Of a stretch of 64,000 bases of DNA, positions 1 through 11,376 are shown piece by piece (position 1 is the stretch's first letter; every line of letters begins with the position of its first letter). Origin of the DNA: Mobula hypostoma (taxonomy: Eukaryota). The notes below the pieces were generated by a model. It worked only from the letters and a program-made list of their open reading frames with translations. It did not search any database and was not told the DNA's origin. Location: NCBI RefSeq assembly GCF_963921235.1, contig NC_086098.1:237956001-238020000 (forward strand), in the 5' to 3' direction. Both the position numbers and the translations under genes were made by a program.

Positions 1-626
1 TAAGCCCAAAAGGAAACGAATTTTAGCTTTTCATACGGTGACATATGTGCACTTTGATTACAAATTTACATTGAACTTTGCAATTTGATTCCAAATGTCT
101 TTACTGTCGAGTACTTAAGCAATCTCCACGCTGACGTATGCAACTGGTTTCATAACCATGCATTCAGCAGCGCAGCAGATGCTCAATTGAGCTCCTGGAT
201 ATGCATGTGTCAGCTAATTATTATCTCATCGTGATAGTATTTGACTCCATTCTTTCCATTATGGTGCTTGTCGAGAATTGACCCAGCACAGCAACGCTTG
301 GCTGCCTGCTTACATTCGGCCTTGCCTAAGAAATCGGACAGTCGAGTCAACTAACTCTGAAGACTAGCAGTATTCGTTTTATATTTAGTTATTCCTTTCA
401 GCCGCAGTGCAGGCTTCGTTTTCCATTTTAGAGTTTTAGTTGACTGTCCTGCTTTGCCTTGCGTTTATTGTTTTATTTTCCCTCTAACTTCGTTCGCATT
501 GAAGTCTGTGAAATTGAGAAAAGGTTCTGCTTGAGGCCACTGCTGAACAGTCTGACTTTGTTTTCAAGCTTTTCTGCCTCATTCTGAACGCAACCGTCAC
601 CATCAACAACAAGCAATAGTTTTCGC

Positions 627-2576
627 AAACAACAGGAATTCTGCAGATGCTGGAAATTCAAGCAACACACATCAAAGTTGCTGGTGAACGCAGCAGGCCA
701 AGCAGCATCTGTAGGAAGAGGTGCAGTCGACGTTTCAGGCCGAGACCCTTCGAGAGGACTAACTGAAGGAAGAGTGAGTAAGGGATTTGAAAGTTGGAGG
801 GGGAGGGGGAGATCCGAAATGATAGGAGAAAACAAGACGGGGAGGGATAGAGCCGAGAGCTGGACAGGTGATAGGCAAAAGGGGATACGAGAGGATCATG
901 GGACAGGAGGTCCGAGAAGAAAGAGAAGGGGGGGGAACCTAGAGGATGGGCAAGAGGTATATTCAGAGGGACAGAGGGAGAAAAACGAGAGTGAGAGAAA
1001 GAATGTGTGCATAAAAATGAGTAACAGATGAGGTACGAGGGGGTGGTGGGGCCTTAGCGGAAGTTAGAGAAGTCGATGTTCATGCCATCAGGTTGGAGGC
1101 TACCCAGACGGAATATAAGGTGTTGTTCCTCCAACCTGAGTGTGGCTTCATCTTTACAGTAGAGGAGGCCGTGGATAGACATGTCAGAATGGGAATGGGA
1201 TGTAGAATTAAAATGTGTGGCCACTGGGAGATCCTGCTTTCTCTGGCGGACAGAGCGTAGATGTTCAGCAAAGCGGTCTCCCAGTCTGCGTCGGGTCTCA
1301 CCAATATATAAAAGGCCACATCGGGAGCACCGGACGCAGTATATCACCCCAGTCGACTCACAGGTGAAGTGTTGCCTCACCTGGAAGGACTGTTTGGGGC
1401 CCTGAATGGTGGTAAGGGAGGAAGTATAAGGGCATGTGTAGCACTTGTTCCGCTTACACGGATAAGCACCAGGAGGGAGATCAGTGGGGAGGGATGGGGA
1501 GGACGAATGGACAAGGGAGTTGTGTAGGGAACGATCCCTGCGGAATGCAGAGAGAGGTGGGGAGGGAAAGATGTGCTTAGTGGTGGGATCCCGTTGGAGG
1601 TGGCGGAAGTTACGGAGAATAATATGTTGGACCCGGAGGCTGGTGGAGTGATAGGTGAGGACCAGGGGAACCCTATTCCTAGTGGGGTGGCGGGAGGATG
1701 GAGTGAGAGCAGATGTACGTGAAATGGGGGAGATGCGTTTAAGGGAAGAGTTGATAGTGGAGGAAGGGAAGCCCCTTTCTTTAAAAAAGGAAGACATCTC
1801 CCTCGTCCTACAATGAAAAGCCTCATCCTGAGAGCAGATGCGGCGGAGACGGAGGAATTGCGAGAAGCGGATGGCATTTTTGCAAGAGACAGAGTGAGAA
1901 GAGGAATAGTCCAGATAGCTGTGAGAGTCCATAGGCTTATAGTAGACATCAGTGGATAAGCTGTCTCCAGAGACAGAGACAGAAAGATCTAGAAAGGGGA
2001 GGCAGGTATCGGAAATGGACCAGGTAAACTTGAGGGCAGGGTGAAAGTTGGAGGCAAAGTTAATAAAGTCAACGGGTTCTGCATGCGTGTAGGAAGCAGC
2101 GCCAATGCAGTCGTCGATGTACCGAAGGAAAAGTCGGGGACAGATACCAGAATAGGCACGGAACATAGATTATTCCACAAACCCAACAAAAAGGCAGGCA
2201 TAGCTAGGACCCATACGGGTGCCCATAGCTACACCTTTAGTTTGGAGGAAGTGGGAGGAGCCAAAGGAGAAATTATTAAGAGTAAGGACTAATTCCGCTA
2301 GACGGAGCAGAGTGGTGGTAGAGGGGAACTGATTAGGTCTGGAATCCAAAAAGAAGCGTAGAGCTTTGAGACCTTCCTGATGGGGGATGGAAGTATATAA
2401 GGACTGGACATCCATGGTGAAAATAAAGCGGTGGGGGCCAGGGAACTTAAAATCATCGAAAAGTTTAAGAGCGTGAGAAGTGTCACGAACATAGGTCGGA
2501 AGGGATTGAACAAGGGGTGATAAAACAGTGTCGAGGTATGCAGAAATGAGTTCGGTGGGGCAGGAGCAATAGTGGG
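627..2576 (-). mobile_element. Penelope-like retroelement, 5'-truncated: RT + GIY-YIG endonuclease + 3' pseudo-LTR; present only in unit A
   Basis: ORFs 2170-2724 and 1054-2166 are in one frame separated by a single TAA (2170-2172). RT motifs MDVQSLYTSI, GVAMGTRMGPSYA and YIDD; GIY-YIG-type VIYCVRC..YIGET..R..EH. 14-bp TSD GCAATAGTTTTCGC at 613-626 and 2577-2590; empty site at 38557-38570. Confidence 0.93.
725..760 (-). ncRNA. Degenerate minimal type I hammerhead ribozyme motif in PLE pseudo-LTR
   Basis: Minus strand AGTC-CTCTCGA-AGG GTCTCGG CCT-GAAACGTC-GACT. Stems I and II pair, but the core CUGANGA is mutated to CUCUCGA. Confidence 0.6.
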
Positions 2577-3374
2577 GCAATAGTTTTCGCCTTCTTTCTA
2601 ACCAGTGTTCAGAACCATTGGTGAAATTGAATTTTGGAAATATGTGAACATTATGCGCACAATGCTGATGATGTTTCAGCATGTCAGAGAATTGTAAAGC
2701 TCCATTCCCAATAATACCCAGCAAATTCTGAAACCAGGTGGTTTATCAGTTGTATAAATTAAAGTGTATTGATCAGGAGATGGGCCAGGCCTCGCCGGCG
2801 GTGGGTAAGGTGCATAAAAGCGGGAAAAGCAGCTGCTGGAATTTCCACGAGTGACCCTGTAGCGGTAGCAGAAAACACTAAGGAAGTGTCTCAAACAATA
2901 CATGATAAGCTAACAAATAAGGAGCTTTCAATTTCGTATCGCCACAATTTCGGACATTTCAACAAGAGTGAAAAATCCCTTCCAATTAATGGAACAGAGA
3001 GTCAAATAAACAGACTGGGTCATCGATTTTCCTCCGGTTGTTTGAGTGACCGCCGTCAACTCGATACACTGGGAAGGAATCAGTGTTGTTTGACCGTGGG
3101 ATTACTTAAACCAATATGCTTTAGGCGGATAAGGTTTGAGATGATTGTACGATCTAGCAGTGCAATACTGTCGCAATGCATGTTGGAAAATGCACCTATT
3201 CCACCAATGAAATTTGCCAAACCCCTTATACCCCTTAAACCCCTTACCCTCCACTAACCTGTCAATCCCGCTGACTTCAATACATTCCTAATTTGGGATT
3301 CAACAAGAGATTAATTGGGTCATAGAACACTTTAATAATGATCGCTAAATTTCAGTTTGTGTCCAGGAGATTAA

Positions 3375-4455
3375 TGTCCATTTAAGAATGAGATGTTCCT
3401 GAATCGCTGAGTGTATGCCTTCAGTCTTCTGTATCTCCTATTCGATGGCAACAGTGAGCAAAGGGCATGGCTTGGGTGCTGGAGGACCTTAATAATGGAC
3501 GCTGCCTTTCTGAAACACCGATCCTTGAAGATGTCCTGGATACTTTGTAGGCAAGTACCCAAGATGGAGCCGATTAAATTTATAACCCTCTGCAGCTTTC
3601 TTCGGTCCTGTGCAGTAGCACAACCACCCCTCCCCCCATTACGAAAATAATGATGCAGCCTGTAAGAATGCTCTCTACAGTACATCTACCGAAGTTTTTG
3701 AATGTATTTCTTGGCATACCAAATCTCTTTAAACTCCCAATGAAGCATAAACACTGTCTTGCTTTTTTTAATATTAATAGCTACACTAATATTTTGGGGC
3801 CAAGTTTGGTCCTCAGCGATCTTGACAACCAGAAATTTGAAACTGCTCACTCTCTCCACTTCTGATCCCACTGTGAGGACTGGCATGTGTTCCTCCGTCT
3901 TACCCTTCCGGAAGTTGGCATATCTCATTCCTGTCAGCCCTCCCGTCACAACCTGAAATTCTGCCAACAATGTTTGTATCATCAGCAAATTTATAGATTT
4001 TACTTCGGCTATGCATAGCCACACGGTCATGGGTATATAGCGAGTAGACCGGTGAGCTAGGTACACACCTCTGAGGTCAACCAGTGCCGATCGTCAGCGA
4101 AGTGATGATATTATCATCAAACCGCACAGATCATCGTCTTCCAGTTAGCAAGTCGAGGATCCATTTGCAGAGCGAAGTACAGAGGCCCAGGTTCTGCAGC
4201 GTCTCGGTCAGAATTGTGGGAATAATGGTATGAAATGCCGAGCTGTAGTATTTGCGGTGCCCAGCTGGTCTAAAACCGTGTGAAGAGCCATTGAGGTAGC
4301 ATCTGCCGTTCATCTGTTGTCGCGATCGGCAAATTGCAATGGGTTCAGGTTCTTGCTGACGCAGGAGTTCAGGCAAGTCATGGCCAAGCTCTTCAAGTAT
4401 TTCATCACTGTTAATGTAAGTGCTACAGGGCGATATCCATTAATCCAGCTCGCAT
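3375..4455 (-). mobile_element. Rex1/Babar-type LINE RT fragment, decayed
   Basis: ORF pieces [67 protein letters not shown]. Confidence 0.8.
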
Positions 4456-4489
4456 TATTATTCTGAACAGGTCATAACTCCTCCAGAAG

Positions 4490-5030
4490 AGATCGCAATG
4501 TTCCTGAAGTCCTGCCCCCTACACTCATTAATTTGCCAAAACATTCACTTTCTACCCTCACTGGCGCACGGCACGGGCAACAATCCAGAAATTAGGCCTC
4601 GCTTTCTAAATTCCCTTTTCAGAACCTCTCCGCTTTTCTTTGCTATGTCATTGGTACCAATATGTACCAAGAGGTCTGGCTGCTATCCCTTCGTCTCCAA
4701 AACTTTGTAGACGCGATCTGACACTTCCCTAACTCTGACACCTGAGAGGCAACATACCATGCGGGTGTCCCATTCACGTCCACGCAATCTCCTGTCTGTT
4801 CCTCTGACCATTGAGTCCCCTGTCACTCCCGGTCCCCTCTTCTTCCTCTTTCCCTTCTGGACCATGGATGCATGCTTAGTGCCAATAACCCGGTCTCCGT
4901 GCTTCTCCTGTGAGGTCACCCTACAACAGTATCCAAAGTGGTATACTTATTATTAAGTGGAATGACCACAGGGGTGCACTGTGCTAACTGTCTATTCACA
5001 TTTATCTTTCTCCTAACAGTCACTCAGTCA
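4490..5030 (-). mobile_element. CR1 LINE ORF1 (SGNH esterase-like) fragment
   Basis: GDSMVRGTDRRLRGREWDTRMVCCLSGVRVREVSDRV in ORF 4683-4919. Confidence 0.75.
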
Positions 5031-5329
5031 TGATCTTGCCATTGACTGGTAGTTATAGAAAACGCATTGGGACAGAAAAGTCTCTGGGCAGCATCCAGAG
5101 CAGGAAAGTTGCTATGGAAATGCAAGACCGTCTCATCGCATCGCTTCCCACATTTTCAGAATGGATGCATAGAAATTGTCATCAAGCCCAAACCACCTCG
5201 CCTAGATAATATTAAAAATTACTGTGAACTATTAAACCAGCATCAAATAAGCAGATTCATAGAATCACAGAATCCCACAACCCGGAAACAAATATTTCAG
5301 TTCAGCTGGTCAATGCTGGTCTACATGGT

Positions 5330-6305
5330 AATACAGACTGAAAAGCTTGAGCATGTGGATATTAAGAAAAAGGATGTGCAGGAGCTTTTTGAAAGTATCA
5401 AGTTGGATAAGTCTCCGCGACCGGACCAAATGTACCCCAAGGTAATGTAAGAGGCGAGGGAGCAGATTGTTGAGCTTCTGGCGGTGATTTTTGCATCATC
5501 AATGGGGATAGTAGAGCTTCCGAAGGATTGGAGGGTTGCGGATGTTATTCCATTATTCAAGAAACTAAATAGAGATAGCCCAGGAAATTATAGACCATAA
5601 GTCTTACTTCAGTGGTCGGTAAGTTGGTGGAGAAGATCCTCAGAGGCAAGATTTATGAATATTTGGAGAGGCATAATATGATTAGGAATAGTCAGCAGTT
5701 ACATGAAGAGTAAAAGGGAGCTGAGAGTTGATATTGGACCACTGCAAAATAATGCTGGTGATGTAGTAATGGGCGACAAAGAAATGACAGGTGATCTTAA
5801 TGGGTACATTGCATTTGTCTGCACAGTGGATGACACTAGCAGTATGCCAGAGGTCAGTGAGTGTCAGGCAGCAGGAGTAAATGTTACAGCTACTAAAAAG
5901 GAAAATGTGCTAGAGAACTAAAGGGTCTTACGGTGACTGAGAGAGGTCACTGAAGAGCAAACGGACGCATTAGTCATGATTTTTCAAGAATCACTTCATT
6001 CTGGCATGGTCACGGAGGACGACAAAATTACATATTTACTTCACCCTTTAAGAAATGAAATTGCATGCCCGTTAGCCTAACCTCCGTGTTTGGGCATTGT
6101 TGGAGTTTCTTACGAAGGATGAGGTTTCGGGATACTTGGAGACTAATGATAAACTAAGTTAAAATCAGCATGGTTTCCACAAAAGGAAATCTTGCACAAC
6201 TCTGTTAGTTCTTCGAGGAATTAACGAACAGTGTGGACAAAAGCGAGGCAGTGGACGTCATGTACTTGAATTTTCAGAAAGCGTTTGATAAGATGCCACA
6301 CTACA
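5330..6305 (+). mobile_element. CR1 ORF2 fragments, decayed
   Basis: LEHVDIKKKDVQELFESIKLDKSP, plus decayed NYRPxSLTS and FxKAFDK-like segments. Confidence 0.75.
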
Positions 6306-6662
6306 CTGCATGTTTATTTTTATGCATGACAAATAAAGCTATTTTTGTAATATTCAATGTACACTCCTTATGTTCATTGATTTTTCTGTTTTAGTGTTTT
6401 TAATGCGATTCACTATCCCTGTATTTTCAAAGATATTTTAAAACGTTAAAAATGTTAATTGTTGCATTAAACCAAGTGTGGGCTTCATTTACCCGATTGT
6501 TCATTGGATTTCTACCTTATGGACAGGATTTATTTTATCTAATGTAGCGCACATTGCTCTGCATTGTCCATACATAGAGTGATTAGTGTGGTTATTAATG
6601 GAAAGTGGAAGTCCAGGCACAGGTTGACACACCCAACCAGCATAAAAAACCTCATTAATGAC

Positions 6663-7380
6663 ATAGAAACATAGAAACATAGAAAATAGGTGCAGGAGTA
6701 GGCCATTCGGCCCTTCGAGCCTGCACCGCCATTTATTATGATCATGGCTGATCATCCAACTCAGAACCCAGCCTTCCCTCCATACCCCCTGACCCCTGTA
6801 GCCACAAGGGCCATATCTAACTTCCTTTTAAACATAGCTAATGAACTGGCCTCAACAGTTTGCTGTGGCAGAGAATTCCACAGATTCACCACTCTCTGTG
6901 TGAAGAAGTTTTTCCTAACCTCGGTCCTAAAAGGCTTCCCCTCTATCCTCAAACTGTGACCCCTCGTTCTAGACCTCCCCAACATCGGGAACAATCTTCC
7001 CGCATCTAGCCTGTCCAATCCCTTTAGGATCTTATACGTTTCAATCAGATCCCCCCTCAATCTTCTAAATTCCAACGAGTACAAGCCCAGTTCATCCAGT
7101 CTTTCTTCATATGAAAGACCTGCCATCCCAGGAATCAATCTGGTGAACCTTCTTTGTACTCCCTCTATGGCAAAGATGTCTTTCCTCAGATTAGGGGACC
7201 AAAACTGCACACAATACTCCAGGTGTGGTCTCACCAAGGCCTTGTACAACTGCAGTAGTACCTGCCTGCTCCTGTACTCGAATCCTCTCGCTATAAATGC
7301 CAGCATACCGTTCGCCTTTTTCACCGCCTGCTGTACCTGCATGCCCACTTTCAATGACTGGTGTATAATGACACCCAGGT
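6663..7380 (-). mobile_element. Young CR1 3' end (RT C-terminus + tail); present only in unit A
   Basis: Open 197-aa frame 6761-7354 (KALVRPHLEYCVQFWSP..RVVNLWNSLP) and (TTCTATGT)n-type tail near 6663. Absent at the paralogous site ~43005. Confidence 0.88.
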
Positions 7381-8498
7381 CAGATTTCTACACCAAATTC
7401 TTGAAGACATCAGCAGGTAAGACAACCGTAGGTAACTTGTGTGAAATGTTACTGAATTCGTTGTGTGTACAAGGACCTCAAACTCGCAGTCGTCTTATCA
7501 GTCACACCCTCCATAAAGACCACGCTATTGATCAAGCAAGATATAACTTTAACATAATTAAACGGTCTCTGCTGTCATCTTACGCACGTTTTGCGCTGCA
7601 GCAACTCTCTCCCACCTGCAATTACAGTCTTAGATCCAGCACGACAAGTTTCAGGAAGAGTTCAACCATCAGGCCCCTGAACCGAAGTGGATGACTTTAA
7701 CCACCACATCTCTGAACTGATTCCGCGATCAAACTCGTGTCCTCAGTATTATTTATGTTTTTATCCATTATACCTTTATCCTTTTGCTTATCTATTTATG
7801 ATTGATTGAGTTTCATGTGTGTTTTATTTATTTATCTATCTCTCTTTCTATCTAACCATTTATTTATTTGCAGTTATTCGTCTTTGTGCTTCTCAGTCTT
7901 TGTGTGTAGTTTTTCATTCCATCTATTCTACCTTTTTATTCTACTGTGAATATCTGTAAGAACATGAAACTCAGGGTCGTATATGAAGACGATTACAGAC
8001 TTTGACAACAAATTTACCTTAAACTTTGAACATACCTATGAGTTATAGAAGCTAGTGTGCGGATGTGGCGGGTGGTGACGGTGGTGTCAGGGCGGGAAGT
8101 GAGACCGATGCCTTCATTCAGGAACTAACGGGATCGATGGAGAGAATGGTCACGTCACGGGAAAACATCCATACAGTGTAACACTCCCAATGATGGTAAG
8201 ACGTTGGCCATAAGGCCGTGAGAATGATGATCTCCCTCCCACAGGGATGGTTGTAAATGAAGAGCAGAAGTGCAGGACGACGAGGAATAGAAGGTTCCGG
8301 TGAATGCGGGGGTGAGTGCCGACGGACAAAGAATGCTCAGGACACAGAGAGAAGTAAGCGGAATAAGATGTCGGAGTCGATTTAACTGTAATTCTGATTG
8401 GGGCTCCAAGACGGCATGTTGTCCACAACCATTCATCCCAACATACTCCCAGCAGCCCAGTAAATGCAAGACACGATAAATCTACCGCTGTTTCCTCT

Positions 8499-8504
8499 TT
8501 TATT
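8499..8504 (-). terminator. Candidate polyadenylation signal AATAAA for IgL cluster 1
   Basis: First AATAAA I found on the minus strand downstream of the C stop (~290 nt); conserved at 44162-44167. Confidence 0.6.
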
Positions 8505-8794
8505 TAGAGATATGTTACACAAATTCCAATCACAGCAGGGGACATCGCTCCTGAATCTAGACAGTGCGGTAGTTCAGACAGAGCACAGTGGGGACAATTC
8601 TACACAAAATTATCCCTCGCAAGAGATGGATTATTGTTGCCAACTGTTCTGAAATTATTAAACATTCTGATTGTTTCCATGAGCGAACATTACTATACAA
8701 TTACATTGCAATGGGCGGCTGCACAGACACAATGATTGCTTCACTGCATTAAACAAAAACAAACAATCCGCGTGTGCTGCCAGCCGGCACACTC

Positions 8795-9123
8795 TCACTG
8801 CGCACAGGCGGACGAAGAGATGGTGTTGCGCAGCGGCGAGCTCAGCGAGCTGTGGCTCACGCTGCAGGAATAACTCGAGCCCTTGTTCCAGGCAGCGGTG
8901 GTTACTCGCAGGTAACTGCTCAGCCTGTAGGTCTGGTCAGCGTCCAGGGCCACGGCGCCTGTCGTCACCCCGCTCTCCGTCTCGACTCCATCCACGCTCC
9001 AGCGCAGTGCTACCAAGCCCGGCTTAAAACCACTCACCAGACAGGAGAGAGTGGCCGAACCCTTGTCGGTCTCCTCCAGAGAGGGAGGGAGCAGGAGAAC
9101 TGAGGGCTCCCGGGAATCGCTAC
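8795..9123 (-). CDS. Ig light-chain constant exon, cluster 1 (sigma-cart/type I-like)
   Basis: Pyrimidine tract + CACACAG acceptor (AG at 9125-9124), phase 1. (S)SDSREPSVLLLPPSLEETDKGSATLSCLVSGFKPG..WSVDG..YRLSSYL..W..GSSYSCSVSHSSLSSPLRNTISSSACAQ*. Has the C1-set Cys/Trp/Cys and a C-terminal Cys. Confidence 0.96.
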
Positions 9124-9964
9124 CTGTGTGAGAGAGGAGACGGAGGGGAATAGAAACAATATTATTTCATAGCCGTTCAAAGATAGAAGCACCAGCGCCG
9201 AAATTAACACAGTCATTGGGACACCGTAAACGGCATACTTGACCCCTCGGGTACAAAGATTTGAATGAAGAGCTGCCCAGATTAATCGCAGCCTTGCGCG
9301 GCTACGACGTGACATCATTTATTTAAGAAAAATCTTTTTGAATCCACTCTGCTCTCGGTGCTGCATTGTGTTAAAAGATAACTTCGACACTACTCAATCC
9401 CTCCTCTGATTGCCCACACCGTGCCCATATGATTGGTCCCTCTCGGGAGACCAGTTCCTTGTTGTTCTCCAATAACTCCCCAAATCTTCAACTCTTAGGA
9501 CAATAACTGAGAATATTACACTTTCAGTTAATGATAGAAAGAAGGCTCTTTGGGATGTCCCGAGGTTGGGAAAACTCAGTGGATATCCAAGACTCGGTAC
9601 CCAGTGGCTGAAGAGGAAATGATGGTAAAAAGAGCTGGGCTGTGAACCGGAGAGAAGCGGGAAAAGGCGAAACGACTCGTTCAGCTCCAGATTTCATTCC
9701 GAACCCTTAATAACCCTCCTATGACTCTGTGACCAGTCAGTTGTCCGCCCAGCACCTTCCCCTAGTGTGTAGTATTTTAAATCTGACGTTTTACTCCTGT
9801 TTTGCCTACAATCATAATGACGCGGAAGTATGGAATATTCGCAACAAACATGTTCTCATAGGTGGTGAATGAAGTGGGAAAGTTAGATTTCATGCTTGCG
9901 GTAGCGACCCAGAATTAGGTGTGAACATCATTCAAGACAGTATGTGAGATAGCGATAGGTTCCA

Positions 9965-10450
9965 CAGTCAAGATATTTTCCCCAGGGCAGAAAGCTAAGC
10001 CGAGAGGAGAGTAATTTAGAGGATAAGTTCGGTGAATGTTTACTTTGTGTACAGAGTGATGGGTGCATGAGCTGGAGGAGGTAGATACGATAGGGACAAT
10101 TAAGAAGCTGTTCGACGGACACATGATTGTGCTGAGAATGGAGGGATATGGAGTATGTGCAGACAGTAGGCATTGGTTAAATTTGACATCATAGAGGGGC
10201 CATTGTAATATGACTATTAAATAGTTCTCTGGTACGATGAGATGGACTATTAACCTCACAATCTACCTCCTTATGATCTTGCAACTGATCGACCTGCACT
10301 GCATTTCCTCTGTGGCTGTTAACTTTTATTCTGCATTAAGCCGATGTTAACTCAATGCACCGTCATCACGTGATTTTATGGACAGTATGCAAGACAAATT
10401 TTTCATTGCATCTCGTGAAAAGTAGCAAAATTAAACCAATACTAATAATA
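9965..10450 (+). mobile_element. CR1 3' end plus a second LINE 3' tail inside the J-C intron
   Basis: Decayed CR1 RT C-terminal/3'UTR sequence (..gtgatgggtgcatg..gaggtagatacgataggg..tttaagaagctg..); paralog at ~45725-46210. Confidence 0.6.
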
Positions 10451-10725
10451 CAATGTACGGGGCCTATTGTGTTAAAGAGAAGGATTGACGGAAAGTATTG
10501 AATTGTTACACCGACTGAAGTAGATCAAAAGTGTCAACAACAAATTTGTTCACAAGGCCAGCGGTCATTAATTTGATTGTGGGCCTGACTCGATAGGCTG
10601 AACGGCCCTTATGCCAGACTGAGACAAATGGAACCTGCCCTCCCTGTCCGGGATTTTATCCAGCTGTGGGGAATGACAGTGGCTGCAGTAGGAATTGTTT
10701 GTAACAGAATGAGGAAGCGACTTAC

Positions 10726-11079
10726 TCTTAATGCCCAGGATGGTGCCTGGACCGAAGGCAGCTTCATTATTCCACGCTGCACAGTAATAGACGGCGGAAT
10801 CCCGGGGCTCCAGACTGCTAATGGTCAAGATGTGACTGTTGCTGGAGGTGTCTCTGGACGGTTGAAAACGGTCTGTGATCCCTGTCCCGCGGTTCATGCT
10901 ATTGTCTTTGTAATGAGTTAATACCCACTTCGGTCTCTCCCCGGGAGGCTGTCGGTACCAGCTCATGTAGTAACTTCCAACATTACCATTCTGCATCCGA
11001 CACTCTAAGCGGGCGGTTTGTCCCGCGGAAACAGGTCCCGACATTGGTGTCTGATTGAGCACTGGGGCCGCGTGGATAT
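10726..11079 (-). CDS. Germline-joined VJ exon of Ig light chain, cluster 1
   Basis: Acceptor TTTTATTGCAG|AT; 354 nt; DIHA-APVLNQTPMSGPVSAGQTARLEC..W..YYC-AAWNNEAA-FGPGTILGIK; donor AAGA|GTAAG at 10726/10725. No RSS between V and J. Confidence 0.96.
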
Positions 11080-11186
11080 CTGCAATAAAACACAATAAAA
11101 CCACTGGGAGACATGGAGCAAAATAAAAATCAGCAGTAATCCCAATTTTACCGGATAATCCGTGCGTCAACCAATCCGACTCTCAC

Positions 11187-11235
11187 CTGGTAAATGAACC
11201 AGCAGAACCCACAGGAGATGCAGCGCTGGGGACAT
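11187..11235 (-). CDS. Ig light-chain leader exon, cluster 1 (MSPALHLLWVLLVHLP/D)
   Basis: ATG at 11235-11233, 49 nt, hydrophobic peptide, donor CCAG|GTGAG. 107-nt intron splices in phase 1 to the VJ exon. Confidence 0.92.
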
Positions 11236-11353
11236 TCCTCCGGACAGATGCTGACAGCGAGCGCCCAAAAATTCCGACCGAACCATGCGTTGTTCTGCAA
11301 ACTTCGGAAACCCCTCCGCTTTCAGACCCAACAAACTGGGGTCTTCGGGTCCG

Positions 11354-11376
11354 TTTATTAATTGAGATGTAAATGA
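11354..11376 (-). promoter_or_regulatory. Variant octamer/decamer (TCATTTACAT) plus TATA-like TAATAAA upstream of leader 1
   Basis: ATTTACAT at 11374-11367 is 7/8 to ATTTGCAT in light-chain orientation, ~130 nt upstream of ATG; identical at 47131-47124. Confidence 0.65.

Noticed and set aside
5067-5450. 127-aa ORF kept at the same length in both units (also 41412-41795)
   Set aside because: Starts at TTG, its C-terminal third is CR1 ORF2 linker, and it crosses a LINE tail. It is a chimera of repeat pieces; shared openness is explained by recent duplication.
8774-9103. Plus-strand ORFs overlapping the C exons (also 44432-44689, 44602-44793) and the V exon (10628-10921)
   Set aside because: Antisense shadows of GC-rich Ig exons; not conserved in frame between units.
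10780-10786. Embedded heptamer TACTGTG at the YYC codons of both V exons
   Set aside because: Near-universal consequence of Tyr-Cys codons in V genes; no nonamer evidence, so not informative here.
10568-11170. 200-aa and 162-aa V ORFs as given in the ORF track
   Set aside because: They read through intron sequence at both ends; splice sites define the true exons (10726-11079, 46483-46836).
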